From Psilocybe cubensis (Eukaryota): a stretch of DNA of 64,000 nt. The stretch lies in contig CM039004.1 of the NCBI GenBank assembly GCA_017499595.2, positions 2,232,001 to 2,296,000 of the forward strand, in the 5' to 3' direction. A model generated the notes under the pieces. The model was not told where the DNA came from, did no database searches, and was given only the letters and a program-made list of their open reading frames with translations. Position 1 is the first letter of the stretch. Each line of letters opens with the position of its first letter. The translations under genes and the position numbers were made by a program. Below, one piece after another: positions 1 through 13,660 of the stretch.

Positions 1-371
1 AGCAGGACCCATTGCCAGTGACCAAACCTGATTTCAAGGTGGTCCATAATCAACGGCGGGTCTACGATACATCCGCTGTCCCAAGATGTCCTCATTGTAA
101 AGGCCCAAGGGTGTTTGAATGCCAGCTCATGCCCAACCTTATCAATATTCTTCGTCCGTCAACATCAGCAGACAACAAAAAAATGACAGACGAAGAACGA
201 CGCAAGGCGGTTCAGCAAGCGCTTAAAAATGAAGACAAGTTGGCAAAAACTGGCATGGATTGGGGTACTGCTATGATTTTTTCGTGTGAGAATGACTGCT
301 GTCAAGAAGACGGAAAAGACCTCAAAGATTGTTGGAGGGAGGAAATTGTGTATATTCAGTGGGATGTATAA
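1..371 (+). CDS. TSR4: PDCD2_C domain protein (Tsr4-like, uS5 chaperone), 3' end only
   Basis: CPHC..RVFECQLMPNLI and GMDWGT.MIFSC...C..W.EE motifs typical of the PDCD2 C-terminal domain; stop at 369-371. Confidence 0.8.
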   Translation, partial: QDPLPVTKPDFKVVHNQRRVYDTSAVPRCPHCKGPRVFECQLMPNLINILRPSTSADNKKMTDEERRKAVQQALKNEDKLAKTGMDWGTAMIFSCENDCCQEDGKDLKDCWREEIVYIQWDV

Positions 372-1393
372 CGTCCAATACTAATGTAGTCATATATGTC
401 CAACAATTACTTGTTTAGATACGAGCTTCGTCATATGTACAGGACCCTTCACTATGTATCCATTGAAGGATCAGCGAACCCTTCTTTGACGGCGCAGATA
501 CCATAAACAGAAACTGCCTCATTGGGTATGTCGGCTCTTCGGGACCAGATCATCCTGAAGCTCAATACGATTTACAAAACACGCAAAAAACAGAGCTATG
601 CGGGTATTTAGCACGTAATGCCATACATTTTGCGACGTGGGTCCCCATCCAAATAAAATACGGCAAACAAATGGACTGCGCTTCAAGTTGAGCCGCGAAC
701 ATTATTAGAGCTATACAAAAATGGCGAGGCACTTGTTAGCTAACGGCTCAAGAAACATCCAGTCCTTTCTTTTGGTTCATACCTTCTCAAAGCGGCATTG
801 CTGGTTAGATTATAGAGCGCCTCATGATACATATCAGGAGTAGATATAACCGTTAGGTGCAGAGACAATCCCCAAGGCGGACAACGGCAGCCACAGAAAG
901 CTGAAAACACGTTGGAAGATAAGACACCGGGTCGTGAGTGGTGAATTCCCATAGCAAAGTTAACTGGCGTGCCGGCGCTAAAGACAGAGGCTTCTCCGTC
1001 TTTGAAATGAAATGCCGTTGCACAAATAGCGAAGATTAGCCTGAGTCGGACCGCAATAGAAGAACGGACAGATGGCCTACGAGAGGAACGCATGTTGCGA
1101 TTGCGAACGGACAGACGCCGAGGTATATTGAAATCTCACGACCATATGGAAAAGGCCTAAGTTGGAGCGGACCCGTGGTGAGCTCGGTGTTTGAAAGATG
1201 GATCAGAAACTGGCCCTTGCTGTGAGATCAGACATTTCAACAGAATGAAGAGGAATAGTATAGATATCAGTTTCTGAGTTTTGAGGTATAGATAGCCAAA
1301 TGCCACTTGACAATATCCGGTACAACGAAGGGGTCGTGGATCAAAGAATAAAAATAGGGGCTTCCGTGTTTGCTAGAAACAAACGTCCAAGTA

Positions 1394-1421
1394 ACGCGTC
1401 ACGCAGTTACGCGTCGCGAAA
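1394..1421 (+). promoter_or_regulatory. MCB/SCB-like cell-cycle box cluster upstream of BRN1
   Basis: ACGCGT at 1394 and 1409 plus CGCGAAA at 1415, 50-75 bp upstream of the ATG. Confidence 0.5.
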
Positions 1422-1469
1422 ACGCTATCACGTGGTACCAACCAGTCTTTGTTGAAGACGTCGATAATA

Positions 1470-4404
1470 ATGGCCCCCGCGCGTCGAGCTCGCTCGCCAT
1501 CTGCTGCTCAGCCCAACTACGCGGACACTACAGACGAGGACTCAGAACAAGAAACACCACGGCCCCATAAATCCCTTCTTAAGAAACGCCTCAGTGAGGT
1601 GTACCACCCAGATAACGATGGAGCCTCAGGCTCAGATCAATCTAACCGCCCGCCACTGAGGGCAGTTAATATCAACGACGATGCGGCTGAGAAGAGGAGG
1701 AGGAGGAAGAGTACTAAGCATGCTGTTATTGATAGCAGTGTGCTTGCTGGACCTTCTTCTGAGACGATGCAAACCCAGGAAGTCCCCGAACCTGCGCGAG
1801 GGGGCAAGCAAAAAACACTTCAATCAATCACACCCCTTTCCATTAATGTGGATATGGATGTAATGTCTTCAAATTTTGAAGAATGGATGAAAATGGCGAC
1901 GGACAATGTGTGTTTCTTTCATAAACGTTATTCGAGACACGCTAACGGATCCTTTGATTTAACAGAAAATCAATGCGTCAAACTCATGGAATTTCGCCCT
2001 CATTGATTATTTCCATGATATGTCACTGCTTAGGAACAATGACGACAATTCCATCAACTTTCAACGCGCTTCATATACCCTTGATGGTTGCGTGAAAATT
2101 TGGACAAGTCGCGTGGATAGTGTTGGAACAGAAACGGGCAAACTACTCAGCAATCTTGAAACTGGCGGAAAACTAGATGAAGGAGACGATGGCGATAACT
2201 CCGATAATCCAGACGGCGACGGCACGCAAGCCAAGAAGCGCAAAGCCAATCGTGGCACCGGTGCAACTTTGGCCAAAGATCCTGCTTCGTTGAAGAACAA
2301 GAAACCAGATTTAGAGTTTGCAGTTGATCCTTTGTTCAAAAAAACCTGCGCAGACTTCGATGAAGGTGGTGCTAGTGGCTTGCTGCTGAACCACTTGTCT
2401 CTGGGTATTGGCTCAGAAGGTTGCATGCGGGTCATTTTCGATGCTAGTGACCCTATGGGCAAAGTTGAAGAAGAGGACATCATCGAGGAACCAGAAGATG
2501 AAATTGATCTAACTTTCCTGCGAAGTATGTTATATTCTCGATTCACGACAATTATCCTTGTCCTAATTTTCTTTAATAGAACATTTCTTGCCCGATTTGT
2601 CTGTACTTGAAGACAAAGCGATTTCGCACTCCCTTTCCGAGTTTGCATTTGCCAAGGGTCCCATAAATCTTAATGATATGACATATCTGAACAACGCAGT
2701 GCTCGATAATGATGATGATGATGAAAGCAATGATCAAAATTTCGGCACAAACATGGACGGAGTTGGTGGCAACGAACCTCCGGTCGAGGATTTCTTCATT
2801 GGAGCTGATGCAGTAAACGATGACTTCGGAGGCGACATGGGAGATGACTACGGTGGCGATAACGGATCGAATAATGGGTCGGTCGGTCCTATTGGCGATG
2901 CTGAACAAACAGCGGCAGGTCCGATGGGAATCGTGCCATTTGACCCAAGATACCAGCCAAACACGCGTGAACTTACGCTTGCTATGAATGCAGATGGAGG
3001 TGCCTTTGATTACTTTGATCCAAACCTACTCAAGAACTGGGCTGGTCCGGAACATTGGAAGCTGAGGAAGAATATTCGTAAACGTAAGTGGATTTTTTTA
3101 TCTTATTCTACGACCAATCTAACAATGTGATTGCTATCAGCGGAAGCAGAGGCGGGTGCTGCCAAACCTAACAAGAGGCAGAAGAAAGAGGCCGTCAAGA
3201 TCGACTTTACGACACCATCAGCAAAAGACGCTAAAGAAATTGCTAAAGATCTGTTTGCTCCTGTAACTGGGAAAGGTGCGAGTATCAACCTTCCGGGCAC
3301 AGGTACAACCGCGGGCAAAAAAGGCAAAAAGAAGAAAGAGAAACGGGACGATCATAGATTACCAGATGATATGCATTTCTCCGACCAACAGCTCGTCTCT
3401 TTGTTCTTGAAGCCTAAATTCAGGGTTTGTCATTTTATCTTTATTTCATTTTCTTTCCAACTGACTATTTCTTTCAATAATGAATTTGGCTAATAGCTTC
3501 AAATGCGCGGTACCAGCAAGAGAGGAAATGTCGCTGAAGGTGAAATCGACGAAAACTTCTGGGCTCAGGCAGCCGCCAATCAAGCCGCCAATCGTGACTA
3601 TGACCCTGATGCCGACGAAAGTAAGCAAATCCCCATAATCGAATAAAATACCATCGTATTTAAATAGAATCTATAATATTCTGTCTGTTTTAGGCGCTCC
3701 CGCACCCTTTAACACACAATTCTTCCATGAAGATGACTTTGGTGGAGGGTTCGACGATGGGTTCGACGCTGATGTGGGCGGAATGGCAGACGAAGATGCT
3801 GGAGAACAAGATTTGCTGGCTGCTACTCAAGGTCAGACAAGACGTGTTAAACCACAAGCCGTAAATTACACGAAACGGGCGAAACGCGTTGACGTAAGGA
3901 AGTTGAAGGAGAACATCTGGAAAGGTCTTGATATCGTTGTGGCCAAGAAAAAGCCGCGTGTCCGTGAAGAAGATGGCATGGTAACTACTTTCATAGCACC
4001 TACCCTACGAAACAGAATCTTACATCATATTCCCTCTTAGGATGTGGACCCAGAAGATGAAGAAGGCCAGACTGGGCTCACTGATCCCAACGACTCACGA
4101 CAATTCAGTCAGGTCATCTCAGGCCTGCAACAATCTTACCCACCCGACAAAATGGAGGAAATCAGCACGAGTTTCTGCTTCATTTGTCTACTTCATTTGG
4201 CTAACGAACAAGGTCTCAAGCTTGAATCAACTGCTCAGGACAAGCCTACTGTCAATGAACCTGTTCAGGAAGAATCTGATGAGTCAAAAATTGGGAATAT
4301 CTGGGATATCAAGGTGTGTTTTTACTCCAATTTCTCAGTAATCACTCCTAATCTTATTTCCTTGTTAGATATATCGAGACCCAAATGCGACGCAGTCAGC
4401 ATAA
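1470..4404 (+). CDS. BRN1: Condensin kleisin subunit (Barren/Cnd2/CAP-H), multi-exon
   Basis: FEEWMKMATDNKIN...NFQRASYTLDGCVKIWTSRVDSV, VDPLFKKTCADFDEGG, WAGPEHWK, AKRVDVRKLKENIW and ISTSFCFICLLHLANEQGL motifs; GT-AG introns. Confidence 0.93.
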
Positions 4405-4990
4405 TGCGAAGTCTGTATGATATTTTACATTACATTAAGTTATATCTTTCCATCCATCCATCCATTCTATCTTGTCTCTTTCTCAGGTTATCGATCGAAC
4501 ATACAGTTATAGGCACCCCTAATCTTTTGTTGTATAACACCGTAAATCAAAATCTTGGAACCATATTTCGTTCAAGCGCCTTTCCCGTGCATTGTACCAT
4601 ACTTCTTTTGATATACATTGTTGACATCATTTGATGTAGACTTATCATACTTGTGTGTATAAATTAAGGCATTAACTGTGATATATATCGGTTTTCTATC
4701 TATTTACGTTGCATAGGCATGTAGGTTTGTTTTTTTTTTTTTTTTCTTTTAATTTTCTGAGCAGACATAGAGGGGACACAAGTTCTAAAAATACAAATTG
4801 GCAGACAGGATACTAAAGCTACAGATGGAGGAGACTCAAGAGGCTGGTTATATCGATACAATGTCGAGAATGCTACACAACCCAAAGGAGGAATCCAAGG
4901 GTCGAAAGACGATGTGGTGGTATACAAGGAAATGATGGATCATGGAGGTTTGCGTGAAAGCGTTGTTGAAATCAAAGAGGTTACTGGCGC

Positions 4991-5379
4991 TCAGTGCTTG
5001 GAGACCCATGCACTCCAGAGACTCTCATAGCGTTTCTGGTGGCGAGAGCTGTACTCGATGTACTTGGAAAACGCCTTTTTGGGAAGCTCAAGTATGCCTT
5101 GGGAGGCGATGCGGCTGGCGTCCATGGGCGGGAGGACAGTCAAAAGATCGGAGGAGCAGATGCGCGCAATGGGGACCTCGGTGGGGAGGAAAACGCCCTC
5201 TCCGAAGGGTGTGTAAGTGCGGACCTCGAGATATTTCTCGCGTGTGGTGTGTGTGCGCGCAGCTATGAGCATAGAATAAGCTTGGTTGCTATTACGGATA
5301 GCATGCGCTGATAATTACCTTGAACGATCATGACTTGGTTCTTGACAAGAGCCACAGCGATGCTTCCGTCGGCGAACAT
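4991..5379 (-). CDS. Uncharacterised 110-aa protein (2 exons), copy in left repeat arm
   Basis: ATG 5379; exon 1 MFADGSIAVALVKNQVMIVQ, 56-nt GT-AG intron, exon 2 in frame to WVSKH*; TATATAA upstream. Confidence 0.75.
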
Positions 5380-6341
5380 GGTGGTGGTGTGGTGGATTAT
5401 GGGTATGTATGGGTATTATATAGCTCGTAAACGAGTATGAAAACTGCCGCTTTAAGTCTGTTGGAAAGAGTGACAAGAGACGGAGGCAATCAGAGGGCTT
5501 GGATTTGATCATAATCCACACAGTACCTTTATAGATTGCCAGGTTATTGTTTTCTCTCCGGAGAAGCATTGACAGATTCACTGAGCGAATATTGTAGAAC
5601 AAGGCACCTAGTGCCGGCCAGCTTCCGGAGATTGAACTAGTGGATATTTCGTGTTCCAGGTATCACCGGAGCGAGCGGACAAGGGAAAGGGCATGAGGTA
5701 GCGCGAACAAGGTAAGAAGCATAGTGGCGTGCCTTATTTAGATGAAGGCACAAAGTAGACTCTCTGTTTGGCTTGAAAGTCTACTTACAACGAACAAACA
5801 CTTTCCTCTCCTTGACTCTTACTGCATCTGTCATTACCTATGTTCTTGTACATTATCTTTCACTTTATGCACAGTCACTCTCCCATAGCTTTTCCCCCGC
5901 TTCAAGTCGACGCCCAATCTACAACTCCAAGATTCCTATCGGAAAAGACTCGGTTCTCAGGCATCCCCGATTCCTGTTCTTTCCTATTGTTCGACGATTG
6001 AACAATAAACGTTATACAATTAGGTCACTCGGTCTCTTCTGTTGTATCGGATTTCTTGCGCCTCTCTTGGATGCTTGCTTTGTATCAATACGAGTTGCAC
6101 CATCGTCGAATGAGCTCCAGCCCTTGGGTTATTTTCTCTTCCAGCATCTACGGCCTGTCAGTTACCGCCCCACTGTATTCCGTCTCACTCCACCCTGAAA
6201 CGTCAGCCAGTTATTTTGGCTTTTCGCTACCGAAGCAGCAATATGGATATGATTCATGATCTATGTATTATGTATAGCATACACGCTCTAGATCTTGAAT
6301 CCGTTTAACCTCAAGCTAACTTCCTCTCTCGACGGTACAAC

Positions 6342-7337
6342 ATGAAGACCTTCACTGAGATGCCGCCGTTTGTGATTTCCTTCATACAAAAACAGCATAT
6401 GTTCTGGGTGGCTACGGCGCCTCTTTCTGCAGATGGACATGTTAATCTTTCACCAAAAGGATTATCTGGTACTTTTCATATCAAAGATGAAAACACCGTT
6501 TGGTATGAAGATATGACTGGTAGTGGTATGTAAATTTGTCCTCGAATGTTTCGAGTCGCTCTAATTTGACCTTGGCGTAGGCGTCGAGACCATTGCACAC
6601 TTGAGAGAGAATGGACGGATGACTATTATGTTCTGCGCATTTGAAGGACCTCCTCAGATCGTGAGGCTACATGGACGCGGTAGGACTTCGTATCGTAAAC
6701 CGTGTTGAAAGCACTTTAATCAGCATTGTAGGCAAAGTTTACGAGTACGACTCGTCGGAATACAACAAACTTATTCCTCTGAACGAAAGGCAGCCGGGCT
6801 CACGGTCTGTCATCATGCTACACATACACAGAGTGGGGACGGTGAGTCGATTATGCTTGGGATTGGTGAAGTTACGTCATAAATCATTACACATAGTCCT
6901 GTGGATTCTCTGTTCCGTTCTACACCTTCAAAGGCGATCGCATGCGCCTTCATCAATATTGCGCCAAGTCAGAACGAGCAGATCTGGCAGCGGCTGACGC
7001 ATCTCAGCCAAGTTTGAATGGACTCGCGACATCATTCCCCGACGAGATTGCAGACAATGGCGTCAGGCGCTACTGGGCAGTTCTCAATAAAACCAGTATT
7101 GATGGTCTTCCTGGAATCCAGGACGCGCATAAATCGAAGACGCTCTTCGACCGCGATATTGCTAACAAAGAGTGGAAACAAGAAAGCCTCTCGCGCGCAG
7201 CACACCAGCAACATTCGCAGCATCAGACTCTCGGGGTGACAACCTGGGTAGACCCAAAACTTTTAGTTGTATTTGTGCTTGGTGCTTTGACTACTGGATT
7301 ATGGCGCAACATTATCGTGTCATTGTTCCAAAAGTAA
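6342..7337 (+). CDS. Pyridoxamine 5'-phosphate oxidase-family (FMN-binding split barrel) protein, copy A
   Basis: FWVATAPLS.DGHVNLSPKG, YEDMTGSGVETIAHLRENGRMTIMFCAFEGPP, SCGFSVP and SIDGLPG motifs; C-terminal hydrophobic segment; 3 introns. Confidence 0.88.
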
Positions 7338-7563
7338 ACCAATGATAAAATGGTAGAAGGCCCTTCAGCTCGGAAGCCGCGCACCGACGTGCACAGGCTG
7401 TTGAACGTGGCATCATTAAACACGACATCCTGCCACGTTCCTGATGCCGCCGGGCAGAAATGGCCTGATCGTCTCTAATTATCTAGTTCCCCTTTAAAAG
7501 AGACGAATTAAGCATTCGCACTGATTTCCCAACGACTCTCAAGTCTCAACTTGACGCGTTGAC

Positions 7564-8706
7564 ATGGTCTCCGATGCTTTTGCTCACAAGCCTTTAAAAA
7601 AACTCTATCTTTTCGATGTAGACAACACCTTAACTCCTGCACGTCACGTAGGTCGTTGATTCTTTGAACATCTTATCGTTCACCTTTGATCCATTCACAG
7701 CCTAGAAGTTTGACACCAGAGTTGCAACAAACATTGTGCGCCCTTCGGGAGAAGGTTGCGATTGGGTTCTTAGGAGGCTCGGATTTTACTAAAATTACCG
7801 AGCAACTTCAAACTGGTGATGAAGTCGGTGAGTGTAATTCGTGATGCATACTGTTGAACTTTGACTCAATGCTGATTTATAACGACTTTCCGTGGTACTC
7901 ATCAGTTCTAGATCAATTCGACTATGGATTCGCTGAGAATGGACTTATTGCGTACAAGCTTGGAAAGCAGCTTCCATCTCAATCCTTCATCGAATTCATT
8001 GGGGAAGAGCGCTACCAACTCATGGTGAACTTTATTCTTCACTATATCGCTGATCTCGATATCCCTATCAAGAGGTACGCTATGGAATTCCGTTAATTTG
8101 ATTGATCAACCTGACATGATATATATGTAGGGGCACTTTTGTAGAGTTCCGTCGTGGTATGATAAACGTCAGCCCTATTGGACGTAATGCATCGTACGTG
8201 ATGTTTCGAAAGAATTTTCAGCAGAACGGGTTTACCTTTCACTTAGCCTACAAGAACGGAAGGATTTCGAAATTCTTGACAATGTGAGCTCCATAACATC
8301 CATGTTTTGGTTTTGATGGCTGAATATTTATCGCAGAAGAAGGGCTATCGCAAAGCCATGATTGAAGCCTTGAAAACCAAGTTCCCTGATTATGGTCTGA
8401 CCTATTCAATCGGAGGACAGCTTTCTTTCGACATATTTCCCATCGGATGGGACAAGACATTTGCCCTCAGTCATGTCGAAGATGAGAATTTTGAAGAGAT
8501 TCATTTCTTTGGGGACAAGACACACAAGGCGAGTTTCGTTGGATTCTCTTCAGTTGCTCTTTCGGAAATTGATCATTTGTGCTTGTTGGAAGGGAGGGAA
8601 TGATCATGAGATTTATGTCGACCCGAGAACCATCGGACACCATGTAGAGAATCCTGAGGACACTCTCCGCATTTTGAAAGCATTGCTCGCCCAGAACACA
8701 GTATAA
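7564..8706 (+). CDS. SEC53: Phosphomannomutase paralogue A (HAD-IIB)
   Basis: [45 protein letters not shown] and HFFGDKT..GGNDHEI motifs; reading frame intact across exons; one GC-AG intron. Confidence 0.88.
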
Positions 8707-9295
8707 AACAACAGCTGATTGGAAATTTGAACGAGGGCTGACAATACCTAAATGCTATTGATGTAATGAAATTGTAGCCTGTTAAGAATTATGTATTAAG
8801 GTTGGGTGGGCCATCCTAGATGTTTTGAATTAACTAAGTTTCAATAGCAAATACTAGTAGTATGGACTCCGAGGAGACATAAAAGTTGTCGACATTATCG
8901 AAGTAGAGTAGAAAAGTATTACCAGTAGCAAATAGGTGATTGTTAATCCCCTGTGGCATTAAGTGACTGGTGACTGACGAGTGACTTGTCCAAAGAGGCC
9001 CAAACATCACGCTTGGTTGACTGCCAGGGCCAACCCATCAATATATTTAAATCAGTTGACCAAGGACACGCTCGCTTATTGCCACCCCCGTTCGCGTCAC
9101 TTTCTGCACTCCTTTTTGCGCCAGAACACGACATAGAGACGTGTATTGATCTCGTACGACGAACAGAAATGCCTTCTGAAACGTTATCACAAAGTAAAGA
9201 AAATCTACCATTGACACGGGCAAGGTGCGTAAAATATTACTATAGTAGCACTCGCGACGCGTCTCATCGAGCGCGACTTTAGAGGGGAAAACGAC

Positions 9296-12200
9296 ATGGA
9301 GACATTTCCAGTAGCTAAAAAACGTAAAATTGAGGCTACGAGCTCCTTTGCAAGTCAACTTCCCGCGTCACAACAAACTTCATTCGCCGAAATACTTGAA
9401 CGCTTGAAAGAAGAAGGCGCTGCGGGGTACATTGGTGTGTATTATATGGCACTCGCTCAGACCTAGTTTCTGAGAGAATGTAATTGTACAGGCTCCGAGG
9501 GTGGCGAGGGGGAATGGGCTAGACCTACCCTCCGTAATATAAATGAGAAGAAGGATTCAATAAGTATGAACCTATTGACATCTCACCTTGTGCCATACCT
9601 GACTACTACACACAGTTTTTCAGCAGATTGATATCGAAACTGCCTCAAACAGTGATGGGTCCGTCATACTACGGATGTTTGGAGTAACAGAGGTGTGTCA
9701 GATATCTATGTACTCTAGAGTGATGATTGAATTTGGATTATAGGAAGGCCACAGCGTTCTTGCGAGCATTACAAATTTCAAGCCATACTTCTACGTTCCT
9801 GCACCAAGGGGATTCACGTCAGACGATTTGGAACCATTCAAGAATTACTTGACTGTAAGATAGGGAGATGTGCTTCAACGCAGCATTCAAACTTAACGAA
9901 GGTGTTATCAGGGTCAACTCGAATCCGGAAGCCTGGTGATCAGCATTGAAACTGTCATGCAAAAAAGCTTGTGGGGATATCGCGGAGACGACCAAATTCC
10001 ATTTCTCAAGTTTACGCTATCAGATCCAAGAAGCGTACCGAAATTAAGAGATGAGTTCCACAAATTATCGTTGAGTGTGCAAATCCTGATTCCCCCTTAC
10101 GTCTCTTTGATAAAGGAGAATGCCAATATGAGGGTTTTTTCACTGAGCCCACTTTTACCTATGAGAGCAACATTGTATTCACACTACGATTCATGATTGA
10201 CACCAAGGTATGGACATGGTACTAGTACTCTGGAGTATCTTCCTTACATTTTGCAAACAGGTTGTTGGTATGAACTGGATTGAAGTTCCTGCCGGAAAGT
10301 ATCAAATTACACCTCCCTCAATGAAACGTTCATCATGTCAACTTGAAATCACTCTTCGGTAAGATATTACATATCTCTATCTATCCTGCCCAAATCTAAG
10401 CGTTGCCTGGCTTTCAGCTACGATGCTTTCATATCTCATGCTCCTGAAGATAGTTGGTCTAAGATTGCTCCCTTGAGAATCTTGAGCTTCGATATTGAAT
10501 GCGCTGGTCGGCAAGGAGTTTTTCCCGAAGCCAATGTAGACCCTGTAATCCAAATAGCTAATATGGTGACCCGGCAAGGTATGTTAATTGGTATTTTCAA
10601 TTACTACATATTTAGCATATATTGCAGGGGAATCAAAACCTTTCATTCGTAATGTCTTCACGCTCAAGGACTGCTCACATATCGTTGGATCTCAAGTGCT
10701 ATCTTACGAGGAAGAAGAAGACATGTTACAAGCTTGGAGGGATTTCGTAGAAGAGGTCGACCCTGATGTAGTTATTGGATACAATATCTCCAATTTCGAT
10801 TTCCCCTATTTGATCGACAGGGCCAAGGCTCTCAAATGCTTGAAATTCCCTTACCTTGGACGCATGAAAGGTCAGAAACATCTGAAAAGCCCCAAAAATA
10901 TTTATTGATCATAAATTTACAGGTGTCAAAACGGAAACGAAGTCGACCCACTTTTCTTCCAAGGCCTATGGTCAACGGGATTCCAAGGAAACACCTCTTG
11001 ATGGAAGGTTACAGCTCGATCTACTCCAATATATGCAAAGAGAACACAAGCTCCGCAGTTACACTCTTAACGCCGTATGTGCTCAATTTTTGGGCGAGCA
11101 GAAAGAGGACGTACACTATTCGGTTATTACTGAATTACAAAAAGGTTCGCCTGAATCGAGGCGTCGTTTGGCTGTTTATTGCTTAAAGGCGAGTGTAGTT
11201 CAATTCAACAAAATGAGCCACTAACACCCCCCAATAGGATGCATACCTTCCGCAGCGTTTACTCGACAAACTAATGTGCCTGGTCAACTATATTGAAATG
11301 TCCCGTGTTACTGGAGTTCCATTCAACTATTTACTTTCGCGTGGCCAATCGATCAAAGTTTTATCCCAGCTCTATCGAAAAGCAAACGCAGAAGGCTACT
11401 TGGTACCTGCTGGAAAGGGAGAAGGTTGTGATTGTCTTTCTTTTGTTTGATGCCTTGTTAAGTCATTGTTCTAGGTACCGACGAACAGTACGAAGGAGCA
11501 ACTGTTATTGAACCCAAGAAGGGTTACTACGACGTCCCGATCGCTACTCTAGATTTTGCCTCTCTATATCCCTCCATCATGATGGCTCACAATTTGTGCT
11601 ACACTACTCTTCTTGAGAAAGCAACCATCGATCGACTTGGGCTACAGAAAGATGTTGATTACATTCAAACCCCTAATAATGGTATGTTTTAACATTTCTG
11701 CAATGTTTTTACATAGTGCTAATATGATTCTAGACTTGTTCGCCACTTCTTCACGACGGAAGGGGTTGCTTCCTACGATCTTGGAGGATTTAATCTCCGC
11801 AAGAAAGCGCGCTAAAGCAGATTTAAAGAAAGAGACAGATCCTTTCAAAAAGGCCGTCTTAGATGGTCGACAGTTGGCATTGAAGGTGCGATCTTTTGCA
11901 ATTAAAGGCCTTGCTTTGTTTGTTCATCTCATGATTTTAGATCAGTGCTAATTCTGTGTATGGTTTCACTGGAGCAACAATAGGAAAATTACCTTGTTTG
12001 GCTATTTCATCGAGTGTCACGGCATATGGTCGTCAAATGATCGAAAAGACAAAACAAGTTAGCGTCTTCATGTTGGCATTTTTTCAACTCGACTGACTTT
12101 TTTCATCAATAAAGGAAGTTGAATCGGAATACAGCATAGCCAATGGCCATAGTCATGATGCCGAAGTAATCTATGGTGATACCGATTCTGTCATGGTCCG

Positions 12201-13660
12201 ATTTGGGCCTACCGATCTGGCGACAGTCATGGACTTGGGTGGGTTTCGAAAGGTTGATACATAACCGGCCCATTTATCTTAATATTTTTATCAGGTCGCG
12301 AGGCTGCGAAGCTTGTCACCCAAAAGTTCATCAGACCGATCAATCTTGAATTTGAGAAAGTTTATTATCCCTACTTGCTTATCAGCAAGAAGCGTTATGC
12401 CGGCCTTTACTGGACAAAAACAGAGAAATATGACAAAATGGATGCAAAGGGTATTGAGGTAAGGGCTCTTTGTATTAGAGCCATGCATTCTTAGTGATTT
12501 TTCTAGACTGTGCGTCGAGATAATTGTCGCTTAGTGTCAACGGTCATCGAAACATGTCTCCATAAAATGTTGATCGACAGAGATGTTAAAGGAGCGGAAG
12601 AGTTAGTAAATATTTCTTCTCAAAACACCATGTTGAGTTGACTATTTACTTGAAGGTATACGAAACGTACAATTTCCGACTTGTTGCAAAACAAAGTCGA
12701 TATGTCACAACTTGTCATCACAAAGGCGCTTTCTAAAACTGGTGCGTTCCGGTCTTGCGTTTCCAAAATCACAACTTTTAACATGAATACTACAGATTAC
12801 GTTGGTAAACAGGCTCACGTAGAGCTGGCGGAGAGGATGAAGCAGCGCGACGCAGGTTTGTTTAGCCACTCATAATCGAGGCCACTGATATTCATTTGAA
12901 CATCTCTTCAAAGGTTCTGCTCCCACTCTCGGTGATCGGGTTGCCTATGTTATCATCAAGGGTATCAAAGGAGCGGCAGCATATGAAAAGTCAGAGGATC
13001 CGATATATGTTCTAGATAACAACATACCCATCGACACCAAATACTACCTCGAAAATCAACTGTCAAAGCCACTCCTTCGTATCTTCGAGCCCATCTTGGG
13101 TGAAAAGGCATCCTCATTATGTCAGTGATTGCTTTGAGCTTCCTTCCTTGATCTGATGGCATTTCGTTGCAGTGTCCGGTGACCATACACGTACAATCCA
13201 GATCGCCACCCCTACGGTCGGTGGTTTGATGAAATTTGCCGTAAAAACTGTCACTTGCCTTGGTTGCAAAACGCCCTTACGAGGCAAGGAAGCTAGTAAG
13301 ACGCGACTGATCAATTGAGTTATTTTATATCATTAACTTTTGATGGCACAGACGGTGCTCTATGCAAAAACTGTAAACCTAGAATGCAAGAATTTTATTA
13401 CAAGCAAGTCATGGCGGCATCAGAGCTTCAAGTGCGCTATTCAAGATTATGGACGCAATGTCAGCGTTGTCAGGGTTCCTTACATCAGGTATGTAAATTT
13501 GCTGTCTCATCCACTCCGTCGTTCGCTCACCAATTACATTATTCAGGATGTCCTCTGTACCAGTAAAGACTGCCCTATTTTTTACATGCGGAAAAAGGCC
13601 CAAAAGGACGTGGAGGATGCGAACGCGGTTCTCGACCGCTTTGATGGTACCGATTGGTGA
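9296..13660 (+). CDS. POL3: DNA polymerase delta catalytic subunit, many exons
   Basis: [37 protein letters not shown] and YGDTDS motifs, C-terminal CysA/CysB ([23 protein letters not shown]); MCB box ACGCGT at 9257. Confidence 0.97.
10051..10100 (+). other. Non-canonical AT-AC intron in POL3
   Basis: Removing ATGAGT...CCTTAC joins PKLR-G to LFDKGECQY and restores the frame to [15 protein letters not shown]. Confidence 0.75.

Larger units (their letters stand above)
4671..7394 (+). repeat. Left arm of 2.7-kb inverted repeat
   Basis: Reverse complement of 28129-30883; mirrored ORFs give identical or near-identical translations. Confidence 0.97.

Noticed and set aside
740-1093. 117-aa minus-strand ORF
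   Set aside because: No recognisable motif and no convincing spliced model
5773-6198. 141-aa ORF (mirrored at 29325-29750)
   Set aside because: Lies in the divergent promoter, starts at TTG, and is conserved only because the DNA is duplicated
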